From assembly GCA_028534125.1 (NCBI GenBank), contig CM052832.1, forward strand, positions 7,442,001 through 7,506,000: a stretch of DNA of 64,000 bases, read 5' to 3'. Each line of letters opens with the position of its first letter. Positions within the stretch are counted from its first letter, which is position 1. Position numbers and translations under genes: made by a program. Source of the stretch: Lama glama. Its lineage: Eukaryota. Under the pieces are notes generated by a model, which was not told the origin of the DNA, ran no database searches, and was given only the letters and a program-made list of their open reading frames with translations. Positions 14,080 through 26,614 of the stretch are shown here, one piece after another.

Positions 14080-15260
14080 GATGTAAAAATGACAGAGTTT
14101 TACCAAGTTTGCTCTGCAGACAGTGTGAGGAAGGATGTTGTAGACAGAGGGAAATGCATACGGAAAGACAAGAAGGTACAAGAGGGAGAATGACTAATTG
14201 TTCGATAGAGGCTGAATTCTAAAGTGCAGGGGAAAGTAAGACTGGTGCAATAAACAGAAGCCAATGTGGAATGACTTCATAGAATTTGGACTTCATTTGT
14301 AGGTCAGGGCTTTGCAAACAGTATGCCCCACAACCCTGGAGCATGTGAATGAGTGATAGTGGTGCCAAGGTACTGATCATTTTAGCTGTTAGTGAAATAA
14401 ATAGGAAGGCCAGAAAGTTCACGAGGCACTGCTATAGGTAATAAGGAATATTGAAGGATTTTTACTTAGAGGAATGGAATGCTGAAGATCTGAGTTTCCA
14501 GAATAATTGCTTTGGCAGCTACATAGGGGTTTTGAGGCAGGGAAACCAATTATTAGACTGTATCCAAAAGTTCAGGTGAGACATGCCAAGGGCTTGTACT
14601 GAATTGGCATCCTGAAGAAAAATACAAAAATTTGAAACATACTGAAGAAGTAGAATTCATGGAACTTGGTGAGTGGGTGTGAGCTCAAAAGTTTAGAATG
14701 AGTTTTGGGCTTGGAGGATGGTGATGTTAGTCAAACAAGGAATGTGAAACTCGTTGCAGATTTAGAGGGTGAGTTGGTGTCTTCTGTTTGAGGCAAGTCA
14801 AATTTAATATGTGTTAGGACTTCAAAAATTGCTAATCCAGTAGGCAGTCAAAATATGGATCAAGAAGATTTGGGGGCTGAAGATAAGTGTTTTAGAATTA
14901 TTAACTCATGGGAGCAGTTGGAGCCATGGCCATGATGGTTTTCTCAGGGAGAATTTGTAGAGGGAGAAAAGAAAGCTAAGTAGAGTCTCCGAAAGTACAC
15001 CAATATTTAAGAATCATTTGGTGGAAGAGAAGTCAACAAAATAACTGAGATGGAATAACCAGAGAGTAGGAAATAATACCAGAAGAGTGGTACCCAAAAC
15101 CCTGGGAAGAAAGATTTTCAACGTGCAGTTTGTCAAGAGTATCAAATAAGATTAAAGGTGCTAAGTACCATTGTGTTTGGGGAATAAGGTAATTTGTGTC
15201 TTTGGAGAGAATAATTCCAATGGAGTGACAGAAATATAAACCAGAGTGGAGTGAGGTGTC
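14080..15260 (-). mobile_element. L2 LINE fragment
   Basis: Purine-rich antisense L2 motifs (gacagagggaaatgca; gaatttggacttcat; gaggcagggaaaccaattattagactg; ccagtaggcagt). Confidence 0.75.
14305..14431. mobile_element. Short hAT-type DNA transposon nested in L2
   Basis: cagggctttgcaaac ... aagttcacgaggcactg termini; 8-bp flanks ttgtaggt / ctataggt (6/8). Confidence 0.55.
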
Positions 15261-15269
15261 CCAATCTAA

Positions 15270-15716
15270 CAAATACCCTGAGTTCTGAGACAAGAGTTCA
15301 AATGGTAGCCCACTGTCCTTTGTTCTCACTCCCAGTCGTGAAGAATCTTACTTGCATGGATATGAGTACTCCAGCTGACATGTTCACATTCTGCCCACTC
15401 CTGTATCTCCTCTTGGCCATCCTTCAGATTTCAGGGAGCATCAGCTGGCAGTATAGTCAGTTCTCAGGAAGATGGATCTGGGGAATATGTTTGCATAGGT
15501 TCTGAACCTGGACTTTGGACACTGATCAGGGACTCTGAGAGTCCTGGTACCCAGAGCAAAGTCTAGAAAGGGGGATGCAGCCAAGAAAGTCCTCCTGGCT
15601 CCCATGGACTTCTCCCCTAGTAGGAGTGGGGTGGCCAGAAGAGGAAAAAGTGGGGTTCTTTCAAACACATGGTTCAAGGCAGGCCCCTGGTTGCCTAGGT
15701 TTAAAGGGTGGTATTA
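15270..15716. mobile_element. Probable hAT-Tip100-like DNA transposon remnant
   Basis: GC-richer block ending ggcaggcccctggttgcctaggtttaaagggtggtatt; family recalled, not verified. Confidence 0.35.
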
Positions 15717-15779
15717 GAGATGTGAAGAATTGGTTAGAAATTTGAGCTAGCAAATGGATACTTTCTAGATCAAAACATC

Positions 15780-16090
15780 TTGTCCTTCACCTTACTTTAG
15801 CTACTAATTTCCTTCCTCCTATTTTTAATCTTGTTATTATCAATACTGACAACCACTTAAAAATTCAGTTTCAAGACTTCCACTCTTTTTGGTCACCACA
15901 GTTTTCTCTTTATAGCACACCTCTTTACTCTCTCAATTCCAACAAATCCATTGATTTGGTCACTTTCTTACTGCATTCTTGAATTCTTACCTTCCTCTCT
16001 TACCTACCTGTAGTCTATAATTTGTCATTATAATCATCCCGATGCAAACACCCTCCACTCTTCAGCTTCTTTTGCTCTTTCTCTTTTCTC
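15780..16090 (+). mobile_element. L2 internal fragment
   Basis: Pyrimidine-rich; aatccattgat...tcattataatcatccc...gcaaacaccctc. Confidence 0.55.
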
Positions 16091-16374
16091 CCCTTTCAGA
16101 TCTTTGCTCCTCTCTCCCTCCTCCCTTGGGTTAAATTCAGCTTTCTGTCTACTCTATGCTTGCATAAGCATAAGTCAGTGTGCACAGGTATGAAGACAAA
16201 TAGCTGAAAATTACTGTAGTAGAGAACCAAAATTTTTTTTTCCAGTAAGCATTCTGACCTGTATTGAAACTCCAGCAGTCTGAGTCTAAGGTCCTGTCTT
16301 AATTGTTGCACTGTAAGTCCTCCTGTGAAGATGGTTGGAACTGAGCTGGATCCGGAGAGAGAGCAGGGAGCTGT

Positions 16375-16530
16375 GCTACTAGTAGCCTAGTTCCTGGCCC
16401 ACCATTAACTTTGCTGTGTGACCTTGAACAGGTTGAGTTCATTTTTTTAAGTTTTACTTCCTCATCTATAAAATGTAGATTGTAAGATATATGTTATCCA
16501 GTGTCTTTCATAAACTCTGTAATTTTATGT
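16375..16530 (+). mobile_element. MIR SINE
   Basis: gctgtgtgaccttgaacagg...ttcctcatctataaaatg core. Confidence 0.75.
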
Positions 16531-16779
16531 TACGTAACTGTGGGATTTTTATGCCAGGGCTTGATGTACCTAAGAAGTACAGAGAATGCACCAGATGTGA
16601 AGATTGCTCCTATAAACTTGTCAAGCTGGTAACACGAAGTTCTACTCTGCTGTGTCTGATGTGCCTTGGTGCCTCGGTGCCTCGGTAACTCAGGCCATGC
16701 AGCCCTGGATCTCTGGTTTAGGAGGAGAGGTGGAGAGCATCCTGCTTGAGTGATTATGATGCACTTTTGAGAAAACTGA

Positions 16780-18190
16780 TCAAAGAAGAAGGAAGTCTGG
16801 TAGGTTGAATAGGTAGTTTGGGCAAGTTGTAGAAGGAGGACTTTAAAAACCAAAGAGGGGAATTTGGCTTTGTTATGATATTAAACTGGAATCTACCATA
16901 GATTTTTATTATGGATAAAACGAAAACACTGTATGAAAGAGAGTCCAACCTGGGTGTTCTTAAGGAAGGGGAGATTGGAGTTAAGTAAGCCACATGAAAA
17001 GCCGCTGTAGTAATTCCAGGAACAAAAAGGGTCTCTATCTGTGTTAGCTTGGTAGCCAGCACAGATGGGGATAAGCGGGAGACATCAGAAGGGAGGAACA
17101 CCAGGATCTGGTGACTGATGAGATGTGGCGGAATCAAGGAAGCAGAGAATTCAGATGATGGGAGATTTCCGCCAGAGTTACTAGGGTGGTTTCTATCACT
17201 GTGTTAGGATGCTAGGACTGATGGCAGGAGGAAGGTATCTCATATGAATGGATGGACTACAGATCAGGATTTGGAAATTATTCAGCACAGAGGTTTTCGA
17301 ACTTTGTTTCCCCAAAAGAAATGTTACGTGAAGACCTAGTATGTAAAAACACATGCAAGTGAAGCCGATTTGGTTGGAGCAGGGGCAGAAGTTTGTGGTA
17401 GATGGGACCAACATCTCACTGGCTGGTCCTCCTCCTATTCTCTGAGGCACCTTGTTTAATCTGAGGGCTCTGATGAGTATAGTCAGAGATCACAGAAGTA
17501 AGTCATCTCTAAGTGCCCTCCTACACTGAGTATGTGGTGACCTGAGAGTCTGTTACCAGTTGATCTCAATTGGTAAGAACACCTTGCTTAGTCCGAGGGG
17601 ACTGAGGAGAGGGATGATAAAGGAGGACTTCCTTGTGAATGTTACAGCAGAATTTGCCTGGAGACAAGGAGAGGGAGCAGGTTGTGTCTGGGGAACTGAG
17701 AGGAGTCCTTCATGGCAGCGCAGAAGGCTCACCTAAGGCTGGAGGGTACAAGGTCAAACTGGAGATATAGGTAAGCACTGAAATGATATATGTCATGTTA
17801 AAGATTCTAGGCTTTCTTCTGAGAGCATTGGTAATCCGCTGAGAGGTTTTCTAGTGAGGAGGCAGAATGACCTAAGTGACATTTTTAACAGACCAGCCTG
17901 ACAGAGAACTGGTTTCTAGTGCGGGTGAGGCGGAGATGGGGACAGGGAGACTACCTTGGAGACCACAGAGTCTGATCAGTGGGTGGTATTACTGGGAAAC
18001 TAAAGAGAGAAACTGATTCAAGCGTGAGGAACTTTTTGTTTTAACTGATTCAAGATATATTTAGGAGGTAGAGATAATAGGAATTGGTGATGGTTTAGCT
18101 CCAGAGTGCAGGGAGAGGAAGTATCGTCGATGACACCTTAGACTTTGATCTGAACAGTTGGATTAACGTTAATGTCATTTATTAGCCTCA
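16780..18190 (-). mobile_element. L2 fragments, interrupted
   Basis: gtagtaattccagg; ggtgactgatgagatgtgg; gattcaagatatatttaggaggtagagataatagga. Confidence 0.6.
17288..17495. mobile_element. hAT-Charlie element (MER102-like)
   Basis: cagaggttttcgaactt terminus; internal tatgtaaaaacac...ggttggagcagggg...gagggctc. Confidence 0.5.
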
Positions 18191-20799
18191 TGGCCTGTAC
18201 CTCCTTTTTCTAGTTGTTTTCATGTTGCTTTCACAAGTCATTTTTCTATTCCTTCTGTCCTTTGAACGCCTTAGTTCACCATCTTCTCCATGCCTTTATG
18301 TTCTCCACACATGAAAAATGACTGCTTCTTTCTGTGTTTAATTCACATTGAAACTCCTCTAAACTGTGGTGCAAAATTCCATCTTGAAGCCTACTATCAA
18401 CAGTTTTGATTATGTTATCTTTACTTTGCAGTTTATCAGTATTTTTTTAATGCCCGCAGAGTTTATCTGTATTTGTGTATAATCTGTACTTTATTTTCTT
18501 ATATTTGATGTTGCTTTTTAAATTTTCTCTATTTTTGTATGCATATACATCCTTTTATAGGATGTCCCCAATTTATATTGTAATTTCCTTCTATGTTATG
18601 AATGTCTGCACCTGAAAATCAGAGTATGAAGTACAAGTTAGCCCTATGCTGTATCAGTTCACTCTTCAGTACATTGAATGCAATTTATATTGTTTCTAAA
18701 TGTTGCATTTGTATTTACCTGTTCTAAGTAAATACTCTAAAGTGAATAGCAAAGATATTTCAAAATAGGGATTTTGATGGGAGGAGTGGTGCTAGTGTAC
18801 AAGATTTTTTTAAATTAAGTATTAAGAAAGGCCTATGGATAAAATTGTTTAGGCAGCCTTCCTAAACTGGACATTTGACTGCTCTATGCAAAAGATCACT
18901 GGTTAAAACCAATCTGATTAAGTTTCCATTAACATTGTAAGTGCTTTTGAATTTACTGTTAGATAAATAGTAATCTTAAATTTTTGTTATTGTAGATTTT
19001 TGCTTTTTAAATATGTTTCACTGAGAAGCACATAAGGCCTTCACTGTTTTCCTTTCTTCTATTTTTTCTTTCTATCTTTTCTCTTATAATAAGTTTTTAA
19101 TACACCCTGGATCTGAAAGTTCTTTGAACTCATTTCATAATTACCTGAGATATGATAATTTTGTAGAAGTTCCAATGATAGTATCATCATTAATTCAAAG
19201 ATACCTGTCATATTTTAATCGTGCATGTTTATTTTAATTTGTAATTACTGAGTAGATTGAAAGAAAAGTAGAATTTTGAAAATTAATAGAATTCATTTTG
19301 TCTGAATTTGTAAACTTTGACCTTTTTTGAGAAGATATATTCAAAGTGAATTATTATATGTAATATTATACAAGATATACTAAAAGTGAATTCACATTGA
19401 TCTTAAAATGACAATATAAAATTTTAGGAAGTTTCCTGAAGGTCAGTTAAAATCAAGTGGAGTTTTAGAAATGTTGAAAATAACTGATATAAAATGTTGA
19501 TTAGATATGCATATTAACATGTTAATATAATTTGAAAATTTGAACTATATTTTATGAGCTTAACTAGTTGTAAATTAAAGTAAAACAAAATAAAACTACA
19601 ATATTTTAAAAACTAGGCATAAGGCAGTTTGGTAAAGTTTAAGAACATGAATGTTTTAGTTGGAACAGATGTGAAAGACATATTATTTTAAAGGAAAATG
19701 AGGTCCACAGCTATCTGTTTGGAAATGTCTTTCAATTACAGTGGCGTCCATGAATGTTGGATTTGAATGAAGATTTGGCTAGAACTTTTCTATATCCTAT
19801 TCTGTATTTCCTTTTGAATAAGAAATAGCATGTGTGAAATACATTTACTATAATCCATTCCATACTGTGTAATAAAAATTCTGTGAAGAATGACTATGCA
19901 TGGTATGAAATTATCCCAATTATATGTTCTTTTCACTTTTAGCTAGCTAGTATTTTAAAGTTTATATAAATTTTATAGAGTGTGTTGATGTATTAATTTA
20001 TTTTTCAAAATGGGAATATGGAATAACTTACTCTGTTATAGATAATCACATCCCATTGGTGGCGTAACTTCCTATATTTTGCTAAACACAAAACATTGTT
20101 CACTGCAAAAGAAATAAGAGTCTTACCTGAGTGAACAACAGTCCAAGCAACTAGAAGTGAATTCTTGTTGAACAAGATGTTCAGGGGAGTTACTGAAGGA
20201 GCATATTTGCATTTAACAATTCTTGCATTAAATTCTAGAATGGCCTTCAGTTTTTTAAAATGCAGGATGACTGAGCCAGTTAAAAAGCCTAACTTTTAGT
20301 ACACATTTAAAGTAAAGTGAATGATGACTATGTTATCTATATTACGATTCATTTAAACTTATTAAAATTCCAGTAAAAGTACGGTTTAATATGTACATGA
20401 TTATTTTATTTTATGGTTTACTAACCAGAAATTATTTTTATGCTTGATTTTAATGTTTAGTTTGGTTTAGTTCCTTGGAAATCCTCACATTATTCTCATA
20501 AGGAAGTTAGTGCACATGTGACTGTTTAATTAATTTAGATCTAGACTATTCAAACCTTAGAATAGGTAACCATTAATTTGATTTTATTGTCTATAGAAGA
20601 TAGCAAATAATATTTAGAATGACCATTTGTTACAAGTACTGTGCAATTATTTTATATAAGGCTTCAGGTATTTATGTATGCTCATATAATAAACTTTTAC
20701 ATATTTGATCCAGGCATTATGTTAGTGAATATCACACTTTTTTTTTCAAATTTTTGAAAGTCATATTTCACCGTGCTGCTTACTTATAAGGGTAGACCT

Positions 20800-20945
20800 C
20801 AAGAGCATGGACTTAGGAACCAACTGGTCTGCTGATTAATAACTGTGTGACTTCTAGTGAGTTACTTAAACAATCTGTGCACTAAGAAATTCAAAAATGG
20901 AAAGTGTTTAACATTTGTACCTTGCACGTAATAAGTGCTATTAGC
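20800..20945 (+). mobile_element. MIR SINE, degraded
   Basis: aagagcatggactt...aactgtgtgactt...gagttacttaa...gcacgtaataagtgct. Confidence 0.6.
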
Positions 20946-23900
20946 ATAAAATATGTGTGAGATTATTATACTAGCTGCACTTAAATATGAGATTTTAGAA
21001 TCTTGAAAGTTTGTTAATTTAAAAACATGAGTCAAAAATGGATCTGCTTTCACTATTTTACCAGACATTTTGATTGTGGGTTCATTTTTCATTGATGTAG
21101 TAATTTATACTTGCGTTCCTTTAACATTGGGCAGTTTAACTATCATTTAATATTGGTAACTTTTTAGAAATAGACAATAAAATATGCATGACCATTATAT
21201 AGACAGTATTTTGTACAACACTCCAATTAGAGAACAAATTTCTAGATGTTTCTGGAGGCCCATGGCATTTGATCAGACATGGCACTCATTATGTTCACAT
21301 ATAGGGTTTCATTAATGTTTGCTGAATTCAATAGAAAATAGTACATAGATGTGTTCTTGCTAATTAATTTTAAAAATTATAAATATTTTATGTCCTTCCA
21401 TCATTTTGCTTTTCTTTTCTCTTGTCTCTTGCATAAAGTAATGTTTGTTACAGTCTGTGATTTGGTTAAAGGGGGATGTGGCATTTGGGATTTGACAGAG
21501 TGTCTTCCCTTGCAGATATCTGTATGGATTGAAGCTAGATCATGATGTGTGAGATGCAGACTGACTTTCCTTGGAACAGAAAAATTCTTGTCAGTTAAGC
21601 CACAGACTAGGCTCTGGTCTTAAAGAAACATAATGTTCAACTGATCTTTGAGAAATCTGGAGTTCAAAGTCATGCATTGCAAAAAGGGAGAACATTTCTG
21701 AATTAGAAATGCTTTTTGTACTATAGACAGATAAAAGATAGTCCTTTTAGAGTTAAAGACAGAAAAAACACCCATAGCGAAACAGAAAATGTGTTATAGG
21801 TTTAACAGTGGTTTCAAGTAATGTGAAAAATTATGCTACTGTGAAACTACTGAAGAATCCTCATCTAACTATTGAATTACCTACAAATGTCAATCTTCAA
21901 TATTTCATGGGGTTTGTTGCCTGACCATAATGTAGGAAAAATAGTCTATTGGATTACCAAGTATTTTTGGTATATACTTTGTTCCAAAACAAGTGACTTT
22001 TTCACTATAAGAAGCCCAGGAAATGATTTTCATGTGGTTAAAGAATAAATGTGCAAAAAAAAATTTTTTTTCTAAAATTACTTGAAGTGCTGCTGAACTG
22101 TGAAGATTCACGCTTTGATTGGTAATTCCTTAGATGATCAGAATACGTCTCAAATAATGCACATTATTTGTACATAATTTAAGTTTGTAATGGTATGATA
22201 AAATTGCTTGAAATTAAGCTGATTTTTTTTCTGGCAAGGAAAAATAGACAACTCTGTATTAGTGATATTAATTAACTATTTACATAATTTAATCTAAAAT
22301 AAACATTTAAAATTGTTTTTTAATAGATGCATCCTATTATCCTTTAGTTAATACATTTTGAAATATAAAATTATATATATTTCTCATTTTAAGGGACTCC
22401 CTAAAGATGACAGCAGCCTGAATAAGCACTTAATATTTCTTTTCTCAAGATTTTAAAATATTATAAAATAAAACAAATATTTGAAAAGGAAGTAACAGTA
22501 CAGGAAATGTTATAATCAGTTTGTTGTGATTCTCTTATATGCTTCTATGATTTAATTCTGTATTATTCAGAGATTAGAATAACAGATATGATTAGAAATT
22601 AATGTGTTTACTCAAAAAGAATAAGTAACTGTTTCAGTAACTAAGACATTAGTGTTCTAAATGTTGTACTTTCAGGTAATGTGACTTAACTCAGAGTAAC
22701 TCAAGGACTATGTGTTAGAATTAAAATGTTATAGCTCTTTATGTAGTCAGAAAACATGCATGTAGGCTATTACAATTAACTTAGGATCAAACTAATTTTT
22801 CTTTAAAATCTAAGTTATTTCACAACGTAAAAATGGAAGTTCTTTTCAGTATGTCAGTGTGACTGTAGATGACACATTGATTCATTGTATGTGGTTATTC
22901 CCAGCTTCTGAAATTTGATTAGTTTCACAAATGAAATTTTCAGCAAATTATTATAATGCATTAGAGACTGATTCTCTTCTTCTCTCCATTTTCTTATGGT
23001 TAATTTTTTTGAAATGTATTTTAATCAAAAGATATTATATTAGGAGACTTTCTGCTTTAAATTGCAAGGTTTATATATTCCTAAAGCTGCTAGTGTTTAA
23101 TTCTTAACTTCTTTCCATCTCAGAACTTACGATTATAGCAAATGAGGTAGACATTTATACTTTTATTCTCTTCCTGCTGTTTCTGAATACAAAATGACAT
23201 TCAGTTTTTGTAAAAGTAATCCTTTTTCAAGTCAGAAAACTGCATCACTAGAATGTAATTACTATTTTGAAAAGCTATTTTGAAGATACTATTTTGTTTA
23301 TATCTTTCATATTGGTTAGATCATGTCATTTAAAAATATGAGTATCCTTTTCAAGTAATAATGGGCAATTCAAAGCAGCTAATCTTTCAGACGATACCTT
23401 GTTCAGTGAGCAGACAAGACAAAAGATAAATTGAGAACTTTGAGAGATTTTTAGATAATTTCTAGGCATGTAATGGTGCAGTATTATCAAGTTAGTATTT
23501 AAACAGCATTCAAAGTAAGAAGAAACTAAGTCTGAATGTTATAAGTTCACAATCTGAATAGGTGCTGACTGTAGATAAGAAAAATATATGCTTCTTAATA
23601 TATGCTATATTTTGGGTGGTTTATTTTTTTTTGAGATTTTGGTTAGCTGTTAGGTTCACTTTCCAGTGTGTAAATTCAGAGAAAAGCAATGGTCTAGCAA
23701 AAATCAGATGCCTGTTACAAGACATGGGGAAACAGCACTGTTTGTATAACTATATAGGGACTTAAAACTACAAAGGATAATAGATTTATAGTCTTGACTT
23801 TCTTATTTTTTTCCAATAAATTATAAAATATAACATAACTGGTTTCTTTTCCTGCAAGTACCCCAGAATTTTTGTCTTTCTCATTCAGTTTATAATTTTG

Positions 23901-25519
23901 TTACATTGCATATTTTAATCTAAATTATTCCTTATATGTTTTTATAAAGTAAAAAGTATAAAGTAAAAACATATAAGGATAAGGGAGATAAAAAAGTTTT
24001 CATCCAATCTAATTAACATGTATTTAGTGAAAATGTTTAATAGTTAAGTATGTTTGGTAAAAATGCGTATATATAAAGGAAAACAACCATGAAAAATAGG
24101 AGCCATTTAAAATTCCTTGGTAGTTTTATTTTCCTTTCAAATCTTCTAAGTAAGTAGAAGGAAAGTCTAATTGTTTGTCAACTTATGAATCATTCATTAA
24201 AAAAACTCATTAAAAGCAAAAATTATCTGAAATGACGAAGTGCCATTTCTCCCTCATTTGTTTAATCATTTGTACACTCAATGTTAATTCAACTTTTTAC
24301 AAATTTTATCAAAAGATTAACAAATAATCTTTCAGTATTCCTAGCACTGGTATTTAAAAACCAGTTTAAGTATGTAGCAGTAGGAATTTTAATGCTGTAT
24401 GGAGAAATAGAGTATTGAAGAATTATTCCTAATGACAAAACTTTTTTTCTCCATTGAGTTTAACAGGAAAAATTACTTATTATTTCAGCCTTTCGTACAA
24501 GGATTTTTTTCCCCCTTTCTCTGCCTCAGAAGCTGCAGATGTATTATATTAGATAAACCATATCAGGGAAGAGACACTAAATACATGTTCCTTTTTTACG
24601 TATTTTATGACAGGTTTTTTTTTTTCTCTTGTGATTTATTGCATTACAGCACATCAGTCCTCTCTGTGTTTCCCTGAATCACTTTCATATTCTCACCTTT
24701 TAGCAGTAGTTTTCTCAATATTTTTATGGAACCAAATGCCTAATAATTGTAACACACACATAATCTTTTGAGAAGTTATGAAAATACAATTCTTGTGCTT
24801 AATGATATCCAGAAAGCATAATATTCTGAAAAAAGAAATTCCCTTTAGTCAATTTAAAATTAAACACTCTAATGCAAAAGGATATCTAAGGTGAAAGATG
24901 TTTGTGTAATGCTAAACATAACCAAAGAAACTGTGGTTTTAGCAAAGGTACTATTGCTCTATTTTATCAAGTGCCAGAAGTTGCATAATGAAAGTCTTTC
25001 AGTTAGTGAAAATATAAGTAAAAAAACATAAAAATACCACCCAGCTGGTAGAGATCTTCCTAATTTTTACCTGATTGTATTTCTGAAGAAATATGGCAGG
25101 GCTGTCATAAATTTTCAACATGAACTGCATTTTTGTTGCCAATTTCCATATCCTTTAAAAAGTGCTGAAGCGTGCATTTGCTATTTATGTTTGCAGTAGA
25201 CTGAGTACACTTTTACTATTTGTGGTTTTAGAAATTGGAAACAACCAAACAGTGGTGCTATGGTCTAAAAAAATAAATTTTAAACAGCTGCGGGGACAGT
25301 ATTTTTAGAATGGTAGAGTCCTTCTAAAGCAATATAACTGTCCCCTACCCCCTTTAGGATGGAATATGGTTCACATATATAAAGTCAGGTTTCCATTGTA
25401 TTTTATCTAAGATAGATTAAATAAATGAAGTTAAAAATATGCTTTTGTTAGATGTGAAACACACTTTCAGCATCCTAGAGTCAACTCTCTTTGCTCACCA
25501 GCAAATGTTTGTTAACGAT

Positions 25520-25700
25520 AACACTTTATAGACTTGAATGCACACAAAACCCCTTCTGTGGATAGGAACTATTACCCCTAGCTTACAAATGGGGCAACTG
25601 AGGTTTAAAGAAAAGGTAAATAACTTGCCCAGAATCACAAATTTTGTAAGTGCTAGACCTGAGCCTCAAGCGAGTACTAACTCCAGACCCACGAATCGTG
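25520..25700 (-). mobile_element. MIR SINE
   Basis: ttacaaatggggcaactgaggttt...taacttgcccagaatcaca. Confidence 0.75.
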
Positions 25701-26014
25701 TTTTTCAACCTCGTGTTTTGTCCGGATTCCATTAAAAGGGAAAGAGAAATCCTCATAGAACCCCATATTAACTTACAACATTTTTGTGCTAACATTACTG
25801 AAATATGTACAAACATAAAAATGCACATAGCAACTTCTTATTGCATTTAAATCTAATAAAACTATAAATTTGAAACAACTATAGAATTTAAAGCTAAATC
25901 CATAATACCAATACCAATCAAATTAATGGTATTAATTTTATATGAAGACTTTTCACCCCTAGATAAATCTTTTCCTTCCTCGGTGTGACTGTTGCGGTGT
26001 AAGCATTTGTTTTT

Positions 26015-26230
26015 CAGTAGTTTGCAGTCTTTTTTTCACATCATGGCACAACTGAAAATGATAGTAGTATTCATAGGGCCACGGAGTGTAAAAAGCGCAG
26101 CAAAGTTGCTCCTGACATGAGGCAACAGGCCAGGAGTGGGGTCCTGCATATACCGGGCCCCAACCTGCCATTCCACAGGCCGACTGGATTGAAATCTTTG
26201 CATCTGTACCCAGTTGGTGGCTTTTTCCAA
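26015..26230. mobile_element. Probable hAT-Charlie-type MER element
   Basis: cagtagtttgcagtctttttttcacatcatggcacaactgaaaatgat start; family not verified. Confidence 0.4.
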
Positions 26231-26614
26231 AGGACATGGATTGGAAAGTTCCAACTGTTGCTGTCTTTTCCCTTGTGATAACTCAATTTCCTGTGACTTT
26301 CTCTGTGCTAGTTACTATGAAATCTATGTGTAGTGTAACCTGGCATTATTTAACCATTATTTGTATATTAAGTTAGCATCATTCCATGTCTCTTTTTTCC
26401 TGAATCCCCATTATCTTGCCACAATTAAATAGACTTTGGCTGCCACTTCATTGTTTTTCATTGACTGAAAAATTTAATCATATAGGAAGCATTGCTCGAA
26501 ACTTGGAAATTCTTGAGGATTAGATCCACAGTCTTCAATTAAGAGACACCATTCTGCTATTTACAGGTTTTTTCACAGTAGTACATTTTAATGTATATCT
26601 TTTATGGATTCATA

